The notes: generated from the sequence alone by a model not told the origin. A stretch of 63,803 nucleotides of DNA, filler included, from Parachlamydiales bacterium (GCA_020051075.1; 3 parts of 3 records of this genome joined end to end with filler, not necessarily neighbours in it); one strand, 5' to 3'; positions 27,873 to 38,183 are shown, counted from the first letter of the whole stretch. Made by a program: numbers and translations.

Positions 27873-29327
27873 TCATCCTTTTTTTAAACGTGGTCCATGG
27901 GGGGTGTCTTCGATGAGGTATCCCCTTTGTTGAATCATGTCTCGCAGTTCATCTGCCAGTTTCCAATTTTTATCTTGCCTTGCTTGAAGTCGTTGTTCGA
28001 ATACAGCTTGGAGATCTTCGGGAATGGGAGGGTCCTGCTTCTCAAAGGTCAGGATCCCAAGGACTTTATCGACCGTTTTGAGCAGCTCAAGCGCCTGCAG
28101 CGCCTCGACTTTACCCACCCCTCCAGCGTCGCACTCGCCATTCATGTCCCGGACAAAGTCAAATAAAGCAGCAAGAGCAGCAGAAATGTTTAAATCGTCA
28201 GCTAACGAAGCGCTAAAATGCTCTAGTGTTCTTTGACAAAGGGCACTGACCTTGCCTCCGCCTTCACTCTTCTTATCCCCAACATCGATGTCGTGGAGAC
28301 GTTGGATGAAGTCATTCAACCTTTGCAGAGCTCCTTTAGCGGCTTCGAGGCCTTGGAAGGTGAAATTCAGCTGCGTCTTATAATGGGTCTGAATCAGAAG
28401 GTAACGGACTTGAGCCCCAGTGTACCCTTTATCCAGCAGATCGCGCAAAGTATAGAAGTTGCCTAAGCTTTTCGACATTTTTTTATGGTCGACGAGAAGG
28501 TGTTCAACATGGAGCCAATGTTTTACGAAGGCCTTGCCAGAACAGGCTTCTGACTGAGCGATTTCATTTTCATGGTGGGGGAACATGTTATCCACCCCGC
28601 CAACATGGACATCGATGGTCTCTCCAAGGATCTGCATAGCCATTGCCGAGCATTCGAGATGCCAGCCTGGACGTCCCCGTCCAAAGGGGCTTTCCCAAAA
28701 GATGCTGCCATCACGAGAGGGATCATAGCATTTCCAAAGGACAAAGTCGGCGACATTATCTTTTTCATATTCATCGCTTGCAATCCGTTCAGAAGCACCG
28801 GATTGAAGTTCATTTAATTTGAGGTGGGACAAGCAGCCATAATTTGGAAATTGGGCGATAGAGAAGTAGATGCTGCCATCATTGCCTTGATAGGCAAAAC
28901 CCTTTTTTAGGAGGACTTCGATCATCCGAATCATTTCGGTGATGTAATCTGTTGCAGCAGGATAGTATTCAGCAGGTTCAATATGAAGTGTTTTCAGGTC
29001 TTCAAAAAAAGCGTCAATAAAGGGTTGGGTGTATTCATGAAGTGAAAGATTGCCTGAAATCGCCCCTTTAATGGTTTTATCGTCCACGTCGGTTAAATTC
29101 ATCACTTGTGTGATGCTAAAGCCAAAGAACTTGATGGCTCTTCTTAACAGATCTTCGAAGACATAGCACCGGAAATTTCCGATATGGGCAAAGTTGTAGA
29201 CGGTGGGACCGCACGTATACATATGTATATGGTTCCCGTGCTGCGGCGTCAACAGCTCCTTTTGTCGTGAGGCTGTGTTATAAAGTCTGAGAGGTGTTTT
29301 CTTTATGATTTCTTTTGCGATCATCAT
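27873..29327 (-). CDS. cysS: Cysteine--tRNA ligase
   Basis: CGPTVY, HIGN, GRPGWHLEC, KMSKS. Confidence 0.98.
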   Translation of the reverse strand: MMIAKEIIKKTPLRLYNTASRQKELLTPQHGNHIHMYTCGPTVYNFAHIGNFRCYVFEDLLRRAIKFFGFSITQVMNLTDVDDKTIKGAISGNLSLHEYTQPFIDAFFEDLKTLHIEPAEYYPAATDYITEMIRMIEVLLKKGFAYQGNDGSIYFSIAQFPNYGCLSHLKLNELQSGASERIASDEYEKDNVADFVLWKCYDPSRDGSIFWESPFGRGRPGWHLECSAMAMQILGETIDVHVGGVDNMFPHHENEIAQSEACSGKAFVKHWLHVEHLLVDHKKMSKSLGNFYTLRDLLDKGYTGAQVRYLLIQTHYKTQLNFTFQGLEAAKGALQRLNDFIQRLHDIDVGDKKSEGGGKVSALCQRTLEHFSASLADDLNISAALAALFDFVRDMNGECDAGGVGKVEALQALELLKTVDKVLGILTFEKQDPPIPEDLQAVFEQRLQARQDKNWKLADELRDMIQQRGYLIEDTPHGPRLKKG

Positions 29328-32047
29328 CCAATGTCCATTTCCGAAAGTTGTGCTTCTAATGCACGATAATTGATTTTACCTGATCCCATCAAGGGAATTT
29401 CTGATAATTGTTGAACTTTACTGACTTTGACTAAATTGCTAAAGCCTGCTTCCCTTAACGTTCGGTTCATCTCTTCTAGAGAAATAGGGAAGAGGGTAAA
29501 GACAAAAATCTTGGTTTTCTCTCCCGCTTCTTCCTTCGCACAGACAGCCAAACGAGGACCCTCTTGATCTTTTTGATGTTCTGGTAGAATGGGTTGAAGA
29601 GCGTCTTCAATGGCTACTAAGCTTACCATCTCTCCTCCAATCTTAATGAATCTCTTGAGGCGGCCTGCGAGGATTAAAGACCCTTCAGGGGTCAAATACC
29701 CTAAATCGCCTGTCGAGTACCATTGCTGACCATTAACGGTGATAAAGGGAGAAGCCGCTCCAACATTTAAATACCCTTTGAAAACATTAGGTCCCCGTGC
29801 AAGGACGAGTCCTCTTTCTCCTTGTGGCAGAGGTTCATGCGTTTCGAGGGAAACGATGCATAACTCTGTCCCTGCAAAAGGTTTTCCAACCCCTTGACTA
29901 GGGTCTCCTGATAGGTTAGCCGTCAGGATGGGGGAGCATTCTGTGATGCCATATCCTTCCATGAGGCGGCATTGGGAGAGTTGGGCGGCGATTTTAAACA
30001 GGTCTTCAGGGGCCTTTTCTGCTCCAGTGAAGCAAATGCGAATCGAGTCCAGTTGGTGCGGGGCGCTATTTTTGAAGATTCCTTTTAAAAATGAAGGGGC
30101 GCCGCAGACGATCGTGGTTTTCCATTTCTCTATGACATGGGCGAGGTGTTTTCCATCTGTTGGATCAGGGGAGTAGGCGACGCGGATTCCTGCAAGCAAG
30201 GGGAGCAGCCCTGTCACCGTAAACCCAAAAGAGTGGAAAGGGGGGAGCATCCCCAAGAGGATATCGTCTTGGTAGATTTTAACTTCTTTGATCGCACCGC
30301 GCTTATTGCTGAGGAGGTTGTCATGGGAGAGGGGAACGCCTTTAGGCATATTTTCTGTTCCGCTAGTGAAGAGAAGGACAGCAGGTTGATCTTTAGTAAT
30401 GTGATTGAGATTTAGTTTGTTAAGCAATGTTTTTGTGCTGAGTTTGGAGTGGTATAGGGCTTTAATTTTATCTTTAATGGACAGCTGGCGCCGGACATCT
30501 TCCAACATGAGAATCTTCTCTTCAATGGGGGTGAGGTCGACATTTTCTAAACGGTCGATAAAAGCCCAAGAAGAGAGAATCACTTCGACATTGGAGACGG
30601 CCAGAACGGATTCGAGGTGGCGCGGCCCGACGGTCCAGTTGACCATCAGCGGAGTTTTGCCGGCAAGCTGGCAGGCGAAGACGGAGACATAGGCGGCAAC
30701 GCTGGAAGGGAGCATGATCCCGATGTATTCTCCAGGAAGATTTTTGATATAGCCGGCAAGGAGGAGAGCTCGCATCTTTAGGTCGTTATAAGTGAGAATT
30801 CCAGCCATGGCATCGCCGCAAGCTGCTGCCCCTTTTCGCTTTTGACAGCTATTTAGAAAAGCTTCGAAGGTGGTCTCTCCATCTGCTATGTCTGCTTGCA
30901 CATGAGGGTAGGGTTTATTCCATTTGGAGAAATTCAGGTTCTGGTCCTCTTCTTTAACTTTACCGTAGGCGGTGACATGGGCTGCTAAACCCATCAACTG
31001 ACCCACCGTTGTCAAGTCATTGACAGGAACGCTAGAGACCTCGAATTCATCGTCGAGAAAGGCGATGAGTTCTGCGTTGTCTAATGAATCCATGCCCAGA
31101 TCAATAGCTAGGTTCATTTCAGGGGTCAGCTTCTCAGGTGGGAGCTGTGTCATCTGGGTGAGCTTCTTTTTAACTTTGGTCTGAATTTCATCAGGAATGT
31201 TAGCGATGTTGACTTCGCTGCCTTCCTGAAGGACAGTATGAACTTCTGGCAGTTCTTCTCTCCAGGCACTATAAGACACTAGGTTTAAGCTCTCTCCTGG
31301 TTCGTCGCCTTCTTGAGGTATGATTCCATCGGGGCGGTTATACCATTTTTCGAGATAGCGATTCATCTCCATCCGCGAAGAGTTATAGGGGAAATCGGGC
31401 GGTGCGGGGACAAACTCTATAGTCACTTGGCGTCGTGGAGTAAAGAAAAGGAGATTTTTTAAGCATACTTTAATCCCCCACCAGATGATTTCGAACATTG
31501 CCGGAGGGGTGCCGCATAAGGCTCTTGAGAAGCGGCTGCCCCATAAACCGGTGATTCTGACGAGAACGATATTTGCTTCTGGAGTTGCTTCAATGATTTT
31601 ATGAACACCTGAAGCGCTGATGATCTCTTTGGCTTGATGCTTTGTTTTTCCGGCAGGGTAGATCAAGAAGTTCTCTTTATGTTTTAAACCCTCGATGACG
31701 GCGTCAAACACCTTTTCCGCCTTTCTCTTTTTGAGGCTGTTGCTCGAAGTGACAAAGTTTGGGATGGGGAGGGCGTTCATGACGCGCATGATAGGGTGAA
31801 CGGCGGGGTGGTAGAACATGTATTCAACGGCCATTGGACGGACAGGATAGTTTTTCCAAGCAGCGATGGTGATTAAACTGGGGTCGACGAAGAAGGTGGG
31901 GTGGTTTGGAAGAAATAAAACGCCACCTGGCTTAGTTAAGACGGAAGGACTCAAATTTTCGAGCCCACGGATGGTGACTTTATAGCGGAACCAGAGCGAG
32001 AAGCGGATGAAGTAGAGAATGAGTAATGCGAGAATTTTTTTGAACAT
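29324..32047 (-). CDS. aas: Aas-like acyltransferase / acyl carrier / acyl-ACP synthetase fusion
   Basis: NH and YPAG PlsC-type motifs, LGMDSL carrier motif, FTSGTENMPKG, EGYGITE, TGDLG. Confidence 0.88.
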   Translation of the reverse strand: MFKKILALLILYFIRFSLWFRYKVTIRGLENLSPSVLTKPGGVLFLPNHPTFFVDPSLITIAAWKNYPVRPMAVEYMFYHPAVHPIMRVMNALPIPNFVTSSNSLKKRKAEKVFDAVIEGLKHKENFLIYPAGKTKHQAKEIISASGVHKIIEATPEANIVLVRITGLWGSRFSRALCGTPPAMFEIIWWGIKVCLKNLLFFTPRRQVTIEFVPAPPDFPYNSSRMEMNRYLEKWYNRPDGIIPQEGDEPGESLNLVSYSAWREELPEVHTVLQEGSEVNIANIPDEIQTKVKKKLTQMTQLPPEKLTPEMNLAIDLGMDSLDNAELIAFLDDEFEVSSVPVNDLTTVGQLMGLAAHVTAYGKVKEEDQNLNFSKWNKPYPHVQADIADGETTFEAFLNSCQKRKGAAACGDAMAGILTYNDLKMRALLLAGYIKNLPGEYIGIMLPSSVAAYVSVFACQLAGKTPLMVNWTVGPRHLESVLAVSNVEVILSSWAFIDRLENVDLTPIEEKILMLEDVRRQLSIKDKIKALYHSKLSTKTLLNKLNLNHITKDQPAVLLFTSGTENMPKGVPLSHDNLLSNKRGAIKEVKIYQDDILLGMLPPFHSFGFTVTGLLPLLAGIRVAYSPDPTDGKHLAHVIEKWKTTIVCGAPSFLKGIFKNSAPHQLDSIRICFTGAEKAPEDLFKIAAQLSQCRLMEGYGITECSPILTANLSGDPSQGVGKPFAGTELCIVSLETHEPLPQGERGLVLARGPNVFKGYLNVGAASPFITVNGQQWYSTGDLGYLTPEGSLILAGRLKRFIKIGGEMVSLVAIEDALQPILPEHQKDQEGPRLAVCAKEEAGEKTKIFVFTLFPISLEEMNRTLREAGFSNLVKVSKVQQLSEIPLMGSGKINYRALEAQLSEMDIG

Positions 32048-32118
32048 TATGAGTTTCTCCTTAAATCGGGAATCCATTCTCCGAGATTGTCGGAAAATTT
32101 ACAACCTTATTATTAACT

Positions 32119-32366
32119 ACAACAAGATAGCAAAAAAACAGGATAAGCAGGATAAAAACAAAAAACAGGATAGGCAGGATCGCTTCGCGGCAGGATAGGC
32201 AGGATAGGCAGGGTAAAAAAAGAAGAAAGGAATGATAAAAAAAATGATATAATAAAAAAAATAATATAATCTTTTTAATTTATCCTTTCTATCCTGCCGC
32301 GAAGCGATCCTGCCCATCCTGTTTTTTGTTTATCCTGCTTATCCTGTTTTTTTGTCTATCCTGTGT
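32119..32366. repeat. Family B long inverted repeat
   Basis: CAGGATAGGCAGGATCGCTTCGCGGCAGGATAG ... CTATCCTGCCGCGAAGCGATCCTGCCCATCCTG around an AT-rich spacer. Confidence 0.92.
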
Positions 32367-32369
32367 TTG

Positions 32370-33593
32370 TTATCTTTCGTTCATGCAGGAGAAGTCGCGT
32401 GGTTCCGTAAAACCCAGCGCTTGTCTGACATCGCCCATGATGAAGAAAGAACCGCAGATCACCAAGACTTCACTTTGCTTCAAAGAAGCTTCCATTGCCA
32501 GGGCTACCGCCTCAGCGATGTTGCTATGAGCTGTAATAGCCTCTATCGGTACGTGCAGCTTTGTCAACAAAGGAACTAATTCTTCTTTGGAAGCTCCCCT
32601 CCCATTCAACGCTTCGACGACATGGAAACAGCTTCCGCTTTTAGCGAGGAGTTTGATGCATCCTTCAAGATCTTTGTTTTTAGACAGGCCAAAGAGCACT
32701 CGGATAGGAAATTTTGGAAATTCGCTCTTTACCGCATCGAAAAGATGAGCCAGCCCATCCGGGTTGTGTGCGACATCTAAAATCATTGGAGGCGATTCAT
32801 TAACGACCTCGAAGCGGCAGGGCTGCCTTCCATTTAAGCCTTCTTCGATCACTTTGGGAGTGAGTTCGAACGACTGTGCCAGCATTTTCAACGATTCCTG
32901 GGCGATCAGACGATTTTCCATTTCAAACGTTGCCGCAGTTTCGCTGCAGATCATGCAAGCCGATGCATTTGTCTTTGCGATCTCTTGGATCACCTGTCGT
33001 GGAACTCGCGGACCAATGACCACAGGGACTCCTGGCTTGATGATCCCTCCTTTCTCTTTGGCGATCTCGTCAACTGTGTTTCCAAGGATTTCAGTGTGGT
33101 CCATGCTGATTGAAGTGATGACCGATAAGCAGGGGATGATGATATTTGTTGCATCCAATTTCCCTCCCAATCCCGTTTCTATGACTGCGACGTCGACATT
33201 CTCTGCCTCAAAATGAAGAAAGGCCAGCAATGTTGTCAGTTCAAAAAATGTGGCTGGGATCTGTTCTCTTTCTGCTAGCTCAAAAAGATTTGTCAGGAGC
33301 TTTCCGACGGCATCTTCAGAAATCATGGTGCCGTTAACGCGGATTCTTTCTCTAAAACAGGTTAGGTGGGGGGATGTATAAAGTCCTGTGCGATAACCTG
33401 CTTGCTGAAAAGCCAGGGCAATTTTTGTGCAGACGGATCCTTTGCCATTGGTTCCAGCGACGTGGATCGATGCAAATTTCCTGTCTGGATAGTTAAGGTG
33501 CTGCTGGAGCAGCTGAACATTTTGCAGCCCAAGCTTCATCCCATGGAAGAGGTTGACTTGGAAAAGATGGTGAATGGCTTCATCGTATTGCAT
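32370..33593 (-). CDS. folC: Folylpolyglutamate/dihydrofolate synthase
   Basis: HVAGTNGKGS, YTSPHL, ETGLGG, DVAHNP. Confidence 0.95.
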   Translation of the reverse strand: MQYDEAIHHLFQVNLFHGMKLGLQNVQLLQQHLNYPDRKFASIHVAGTNGKGSVCTKIALAFQQAGYRTGLYTSPHLTCFRERIRVNGTMISEDAVGKLLTNLFELAEREQIPATFFELTTLLAFLHFEAENVDVAVIETGLGGKLDATNIIIPCLSVITSISMDHTEILGNTVDEIAKEKGGIIKPGVPVVIGPRVPRQVIQEIAKTNASACMICSETAATFEMENRLIAQESLKMLAQSFELTPKVIEEGLNGRQPCRFEVVNESPPMILDVAHNPDGLAHLFDAVKSEFPKFPIRVLFGLSKNKDLEGCIKLLAKSGSCFHVVEALNGRGASKEELVPLLTKLHVPIEAITAHSNIAEAVALAMEASLKQSEVLVICGSFFIMGDVRQALGFTEPRDFSCMNER

Positions 33594-34440
33594 CTTCTTG
33601 AACTTGCTTAAAGTGATGATATAGGATGTTAAAAGTCTCTTCAGGAACCCATGAACTACCTAAATGATGATACGGTTTAATCGTCCCGTGATAATCTGAT
33701 CCTCCAGTGATCAACCACCCCTTCTCGGTTCCAATTTTAATCCAGGGGGCGTTTGCTCTTAGCGGAAAGTGGGCATAGTAACCCTCGATGCCGTCGAAAT
33801 CCATCTGCATCAGCTGATTAAATACTGTTCGATTGTTGATCAAATGGGGGTGTGCAATCACTGCAAAGCCTTTTGCTTGATGGATGATATCGAGGGTTTC
33901 TTCTACAGTATGTGGTTGGCCAGGATGGTAGCATGGCTTTCCTTCGCCAATATAGTCGCTGAAAGCTTGCTGTAACGATGGAATATACCCTTTTTTCATC
34001 ATCATATAGGCGATATGGGGACGGCCTATTGTGCGAAATGAGGATTCTTCGAAGAAATCTGATGGAAAGTCCTCTTCATTTAAGAAAATGTTCTGCTTAG
34101 ATAAGAGCTCCAAGATCATGCGGAAACGGTTGATCCGTCTCTTCCGGTGCAGTTTGCAGAATGCGGCGATCGATTCAGCTTTCAGGTCGAAGCTGTAGCC
34201 TAAGATATGGACGTTGCATCCTTGATGGACAGCTGAAAACTCGATCCCTGAGATGATTTTGAGTCCCTTCTGCTGAGCTAATGGCATTGCCGTTTCATAA
34301 GCGCCGATATTGTCGTGGTCAGTGATGGAAAGTCCTTGCAAGTTTACTTGACAGGCGAGTTCTATCACTTCGCTCGGCGTCGAAGTCCCATCCGAGCAAG
34401 TGGTGTGGCAATGGAGATCAGCGCGGAAGCTATGTATCAT
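33580..34440 (-). CDS. PHP-domain phosphoesterase (YciV/TrpH-like)
   Basis: DLHCHTTCSDG, ITDHD, AHP, GGSDYHG. Confidence 0.92.
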   Translation of the reverse strand: MIHSFRADLHCHTTCSDGTSTPSEVIELACQVNLQGLSITDHDNIGAYETAMPLAQQKGLKIISGIEFSAVHQGCNVHILGYSFDLKAESIAAFCKLHRKRRINRFRMILELLSKQNIFLNEEDFPSDFFEESSFRTIGRPHIAYMMMKKGYIPSLQQAFSDYIGEGKPCYHPGQPHTVEETLDIIHQAKGFAVIAHPHLINNRTVFNQLMQMDFDGIEGYYAHFPLRANAPWIKIGTEKGWLITGGSDYHGTIKPYHHLGSSWVPEETFNILYHHFKQVQEDAIR

Positions 34441-35323
34441 GACATCCTGCCTCTAAGGGGTTAAAGGGGATGCAGCGGATTTCGCTTTCCAATTCCACTC
34501 CAGTCAACTCTTTCACGCGCTTACGAATCTCTTGGATGAGAGCTTTCACCTCTGACGCCGTTGCTTTGCCGGTGTTGATGACGAAGTTGCCATGGAGTGC
34601 CGACACCTCAGCACCTCCGATAGAGAATCCTTTCAACCCGCATTCGTCGATGAGCTTCCCAGCAACGTTAGCTGGAGGATTTCTGAAAACGCATCCTGCT
34701 GATTTAGCGTTGTAGGGTTGTGTCTCTTTGCGGTAGCTGATAATTGAAAGTTGCTTCTCTCGAGATCCAGTTTGCGGTGTCAGTTGAAATTGCGCAGAGG
34801 CAATAGCGCCCGGCATCGCCTGAAATGAGGAGAAGCGGTAATCAAAGACGATCTCTTCTCTTGTAAGGGTGACTAAAGAGCCGTCAGGGCGAACAAACTC
34901 AACAGATTCCACTGTCTCAGCAGTCTCCGAACCATTGGCGCCGGCATTCATGAACACGGCTCCTCCAACGCTTCCTGGGATTCCCGAGGCGAACTCAAGC
35001 CCTCCATACCCTTGACGGGCTGTCTGCGTTCCGAGGAGTGAGAAGCTATAACCTGCTCCGACCTTCCAACAGGCAGGTTTAATTTCTTCGATGAAGTCGA
35101 TCCGGTTAGCGATCACCATCCCGGCGAAACCACGGTCGTCGAATAAGGTGTTTGATCCTTTTCCAAGGATAAAAAAGGGGATTTGCTGTTCAGCGCAGAG
35201 TCGAAGAGCTTGCTGCATTGCCTCAATGGAGCGAACTTCAATGAAGTAGTTTGCTTCGCCGCCAATACCGAAGGTTGTCAGCCCATTGAGCAGGCGATGA
35301 CGTTCGATCTGTTCAAGTTTCAT
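34430..35323 (-). CDS. murB: UDP-N-acetylmuramate dehydrogenase
   Basis: TTFGIGG, GKGSN, GIPGSVGGAVFMNAGA, SAGCVFRNP. Confidence 0.97.
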   Translation of the reverse strand: MKLEQIERHRLLNGLTTFGIGGEANYFIEVRSIEAMQQALRLCAEQQIPFFILGKGSNTLFDDRGFAGMVIANRIDFIEEIKPACWKVGAGYSFSLLGTQTARQGYGGLEFASGIPGSVGGAVFMNAGANGSETAETVESVEFVRPDGSLVTLTREEIVFDYRFSSFQAMPGAIASAQFQLTPQTGSREKQLSIISYRKETQPYNAKSAGCVFRNPPANVAGKLIDECGLKGFSIGGAEVSALHGNFVINTGKATASEVKALIQEIRKRVKELTGVELESEIRCIPFNPLEAGCHDT

Positions 35324-35858
35324 CTTCCTGCTGTTCCAGTGAATTTAAAGAAGATTCTTTTTGTCTGAGCGCCTCTTCAGCCGCCAGGGCTTCAGAGTGT
35401 TCCATGGCTGCAGCAAGGTGTTTGACTTTCGCTGGGTCGATTTGCCCATCGCCGATTTTGGCATGGTAGAGGTTGTCGAGGAGGGCGTTGACGAAAGAGG
35501 CAGATTCCGGGGTGTTGAATTTTCGGGAGAGGCGCATCGCTTCAGCAATTGCCACTTTAGGGGGGACTTGATCGTCAAAGTAAATTTCAAATACCCCTAA
35601 CCTAAGAATCGTTAAAGTGACTGCTTGAATCCGTTCAAACTCATAAGAGACTGAGACGGTGGTGATGAGCCGATCGATTTCAGAGAGTTTTTCCTCGATT
35701 TGAGATACGCGCTCTAATGCAAGGCGGACGTTTCTTTTGGAGACAGCCAATTCGCCCATCATCATCGTCATCATCACTTCGTTGTCTGGATCGAAGAGTT
35801 CATGGCTATAGAGGAGTTGAAAGACAATTTCGCGGAATTTCTGTTGCGGTAATGCCAT
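35313..35858 (-). CDS. nusB: Transcription antitermination factor NusB
   Basis: REIVFQLLY, ILRLG, VAIAEA, FVNALLD. Confidence 0.95.
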   Translation of the reverse strand: MALPQQKFREIVFQLLYSHELFDPDNEVMMTMMMGELAVSKRNVRLALERVSQIEEKLSEIDRLITTVSVSYEFERIQAVTLTILRLGVFEIYFDDQVPPKVAIAEAMRLSRKFNTPESASFVNALLDNLYHAKIGDGQIDPAKVKHLAAAMEHSEALAAEEALRQKESSLNSLEQQEDET

Positions 35859-35901
35859 AGAGTCCTAAGTTTAAATGATCAGACGTTTTTTTGGAGGTTG
35901 T

Positions 35902-36279
35902 TTATTTAGAAATGGGGATTTCATATTTTTGTTTGAGGTCTTTATGACAGAGATAGATTCTTCTCAATCGGGAGTGTATATCAAATTGGAGAATAAACTC
36001 CATCCATCCGCCATTGAAGTGATAAGAAAAGAGAGAATCTTGAGCAAAACGTTCTTTCCTTAACGCATTCCTGAATATGATTTCGGCTTGGTCGCGCAAC
36101 ATAAAGCGGGTGAGTTTTGTCGGAGAGTGCAGTGGATCTGTTAAACGAGAAATAAATTCATCAAAAGTCAGTCTGTTACTAAGATTCAAGCCTAAATCTG
36201 TGGCGACATGTTCAGGCAATGAAACGGGATAGCGAAAACGGACAAAAACCCTGGATAACGAGCTAAGCAAGTTGTTCAT
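35902..36279 (-). CDS. Hypothetical protein
   Basis: 125-aa ORF co-oriented and 43 nt upstream of nusB. Confidence 0.7.
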   Translation of the reverse strand: MNNLLSSLSRVFVRFRYPVSLPEHVATDLGLNLSNRLTFDEFISRLTDPLHSPTKLTRFMLRDQAEIIFRNALRKERFAQDSLFSYHFNGGWMEFILQFDIHSRLRRIYLCHKDLKQKYEIPISK

Positions 36280-36424
36280 GGATTATCTTATTGTTATGAT
36301 TTGATCATCAATAGTTTCGTTTAATTCTAACAATAAATGAATTCTGATAGCAACAAAAATTTTTGCGTCCGGAGTCACCTCAGGGAAATTGCATGAAGAA
36401 TCTGAATATAAACTTAGAATAATA

Positions 36425-36500
36425 GAAACACAGAGGCACAGAGAACACAGAGAGGAAAAAATATAGCTCGCTCTCCGTGTCCTCTGTGCCTCTGTGTTTC
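36425..36500. repeat. Family C CACAGAG inverted repeat (30-bp arms, 16-nt loop)
   Basis: GAAACACAGAGGCACAGAGAACACAGAGAG / CTCTCCGTGTCCTCTGTGCCTCTGTGTTTC, two mismatches. Confidence 0.9.
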
Positions 36501-36551
36501 AATTTTTTGAGTCTGGGTTCAAAAAATGTACAAAGTTGAGATAAAAATAGG

Positions 36552-36580
36552 TTGAATCTCTGCTCTATATTTGTTATACC
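36552..36580 (+). promoter_or_regulatory. Putative promoter TTGAAT-N17-TATACC with extended TG
   Basis: Spacing and position 32 nt before the exonuclease ATG. Confidence 0.45.
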
Positions 36581-36612
36581 GACAGGATTATTGATGAGGA
36601 ATCATTTATCTC

Positions 36613-37191
36613 ATGCAAGCTATTTTTTTAGATATCGAAGCGACAGGGTTAAATCCAAGCTGCCACCGTGTGATTGAGATCGCCTTTAAACTTGTCGATC
36701 TCCCTACAGGAGAGGTTAAATTAAGCTACGAACGGATCGTCAAGCAGCCTTTAGAGGTGTGGAATAAGAGTGATCCTGTCAGCTTGGAAATTAATGGATT
36801 CACGTGGGAAAAAATTCAGAGTGGAGTCAGCGAAGAAGTTGTAGCGAAAGAAATCATCCAACTCTTCAATGACCATCAAATTCTCAGAGGGAGGTCGATC
36901 TATATTTGCCAGAATCCAGCTTTTGACAGGACATTTTTTACCCAACTGATTGATATTCCTACTCAAGAGAGCTTCCAATGGCCTTATCATTGGCTTGATT
37001 TTGCTTCGATGTTTTGGGCCCTTTTTGTTGAGTCGATCCACGACAAACGGGAGTCGTATCCGGAGGAGCTTAACCTTTCAAAAAATGCGATCGCCTCTCG
37101 TTACGGCCTTCCTGTTGAAACTTATCCCCATTCTGCCCTCAATGGCGTTGAGCACCTGCTTCTCTGCTATCGCACCGTCATCGGTTTCTAA
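36613..37191 (+). CDS. DEDDh 3'-5' exonuclease (oligoribonuclease/DnaQ-like)
   Basis: FLDIEATGL, QNPAFD, LD, HSAL. Confidence 0.88.
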   Translation: MQAIFLDIEATGLNPSCHRVIEIAFKLVDLPTGEVKLSYERIVKQPLEVWNKSDPVSLEINGFTWEKIQSGVSEEVVAKEIIQLFNDHQILRGRSIYICQNPAFDRTFFTQLIDIPTQESFQWPYHWLDFASMFWALFVESIHDKRESYPEELNLSKNAIASRYGLPVETYPHSALNGVEHLLLCYRTVIGF

Positions 37192-37462
37192 GACAAGATA
37201 GCCAGGATAGAACAAAAACAGGATAGGCAGGATCGCTTCGCGGCAGGATAGGCAGGATAAAAAAACAGGATAGGAAAGATATTAGAAGCATGAATAAAGG
37301 CTCTTTTTTATTATGAAAAAGAGAAAGGAAAGGGTCTATTGGCCTATCATCTTCTATTTCCTCTTTATCCTTTCCATCTTACCTATCCTGTTTTTTATCC
37401 TGCCTATCCTGCCGCGAAGCGATTCTGCCTATCCTGTTTTTGTTCTATCCTGTCTATCTTGT
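37192..37462. repeat. Family B long inverted repeat filling a convergent intergenic gap
   Basis: Starts right after the exonuclease stop; core GGATCGCTTCGCGGCAGGATAG and its inverse; overlaps the methyltransferase stop. Confidence 0.92.
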
Positions 37463-38056
37463 TTGGATGGCTTTTTGGATGAGTATTAGGCTTGGGGAAT
37501 CGTTACGGTTCATCCAGCGATGGAAGCATACGCTCCACTCGGTAGGCAAAAGGGTTCTTGCAAAAGCCAGCAGAGCATCCTCTTCTTTTTTTCCTTCGTC
37601 ATGCCCTGGGTAGCATGTGATGCTGACAGCGCCTCCTGGTTGAATCAACTCGAGAGCCTTTCCCACACTCTCCAGTGTCGTTGCCAAATGTGTCGTCAGC
37701 CCCTTATTCCCCTTAGGCAGATATCCGAGGTTATAGACGATAAGCTTGATGGTGTCCTGTTTACAGTGAGATGGGAAAGATGAGTGGCAACGGCAGATGA
37801 GCTCAACCCGGGTGCGTTGTTCTTCACTCAGTTTCAGGTCAAGGAGGCGGGACGTTGATTCGACGGCTGCTAATTGAATGTCCATTCCAACCACCTTGCC
37901 TTCCCCTCGCCGCAAGGCAAGTTGACAAATTTTCAATGTATCAGCCCCATTGCCGCATGTCGCGTCAATGACCCAATCTCCTGGTTCAATGAGTTTCTCC
38001 CAGTAGCTATGTGCTAAATCAAGATGGGATTGGAAAAGAGGAAACTGAGAACGCAT
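37454..38056 (-). CDS. Class I SAM-dependent methyltransferase (YtqB/MnmM-like)
   Basis: DATCGNG, DIQ, NLGYLPKG, YPGH.EG. Confidence 0.9.
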   Translation of the reverse strand: MRSQFPLFQSHLDLAHSYWEKLIEPGDWVIDATCGNGADTLKICQLALRRGEGKVVGMDIQLAAVESTSRLLDLKLSEEQRTRVELICRCHSSFPSHCKQDTIKLIVYNLGYLPKGNKGLTTHLATTLESVGKALELIQPGGAVSITCYPGHDEGKKEEDALLAFARTLLPTEWSVCFHRWMNRNDSPSLILIQKAIQTR

Positions 38057-38123
38057 TTTTTTTCTTTACCTCATGAAATAGTTAATGATGAAGAGAATAG
38101 AGGAACTGAAAAGAAAAATCAAC

Positions 38124-38152
38124 TTGAGAGGAGCGGGGATTTGGAGTATACT
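38124..38152 (+). promoter_or_regulatory. Promoter TTGAGA-N17-TATACT
   Basis: Near consensus, 31 nt before ATG 38184. Confidence 0.6.
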
Positions 38153-38183
38153 TTCCTTCCTTCAATTTTTTATTAGGTTGATT

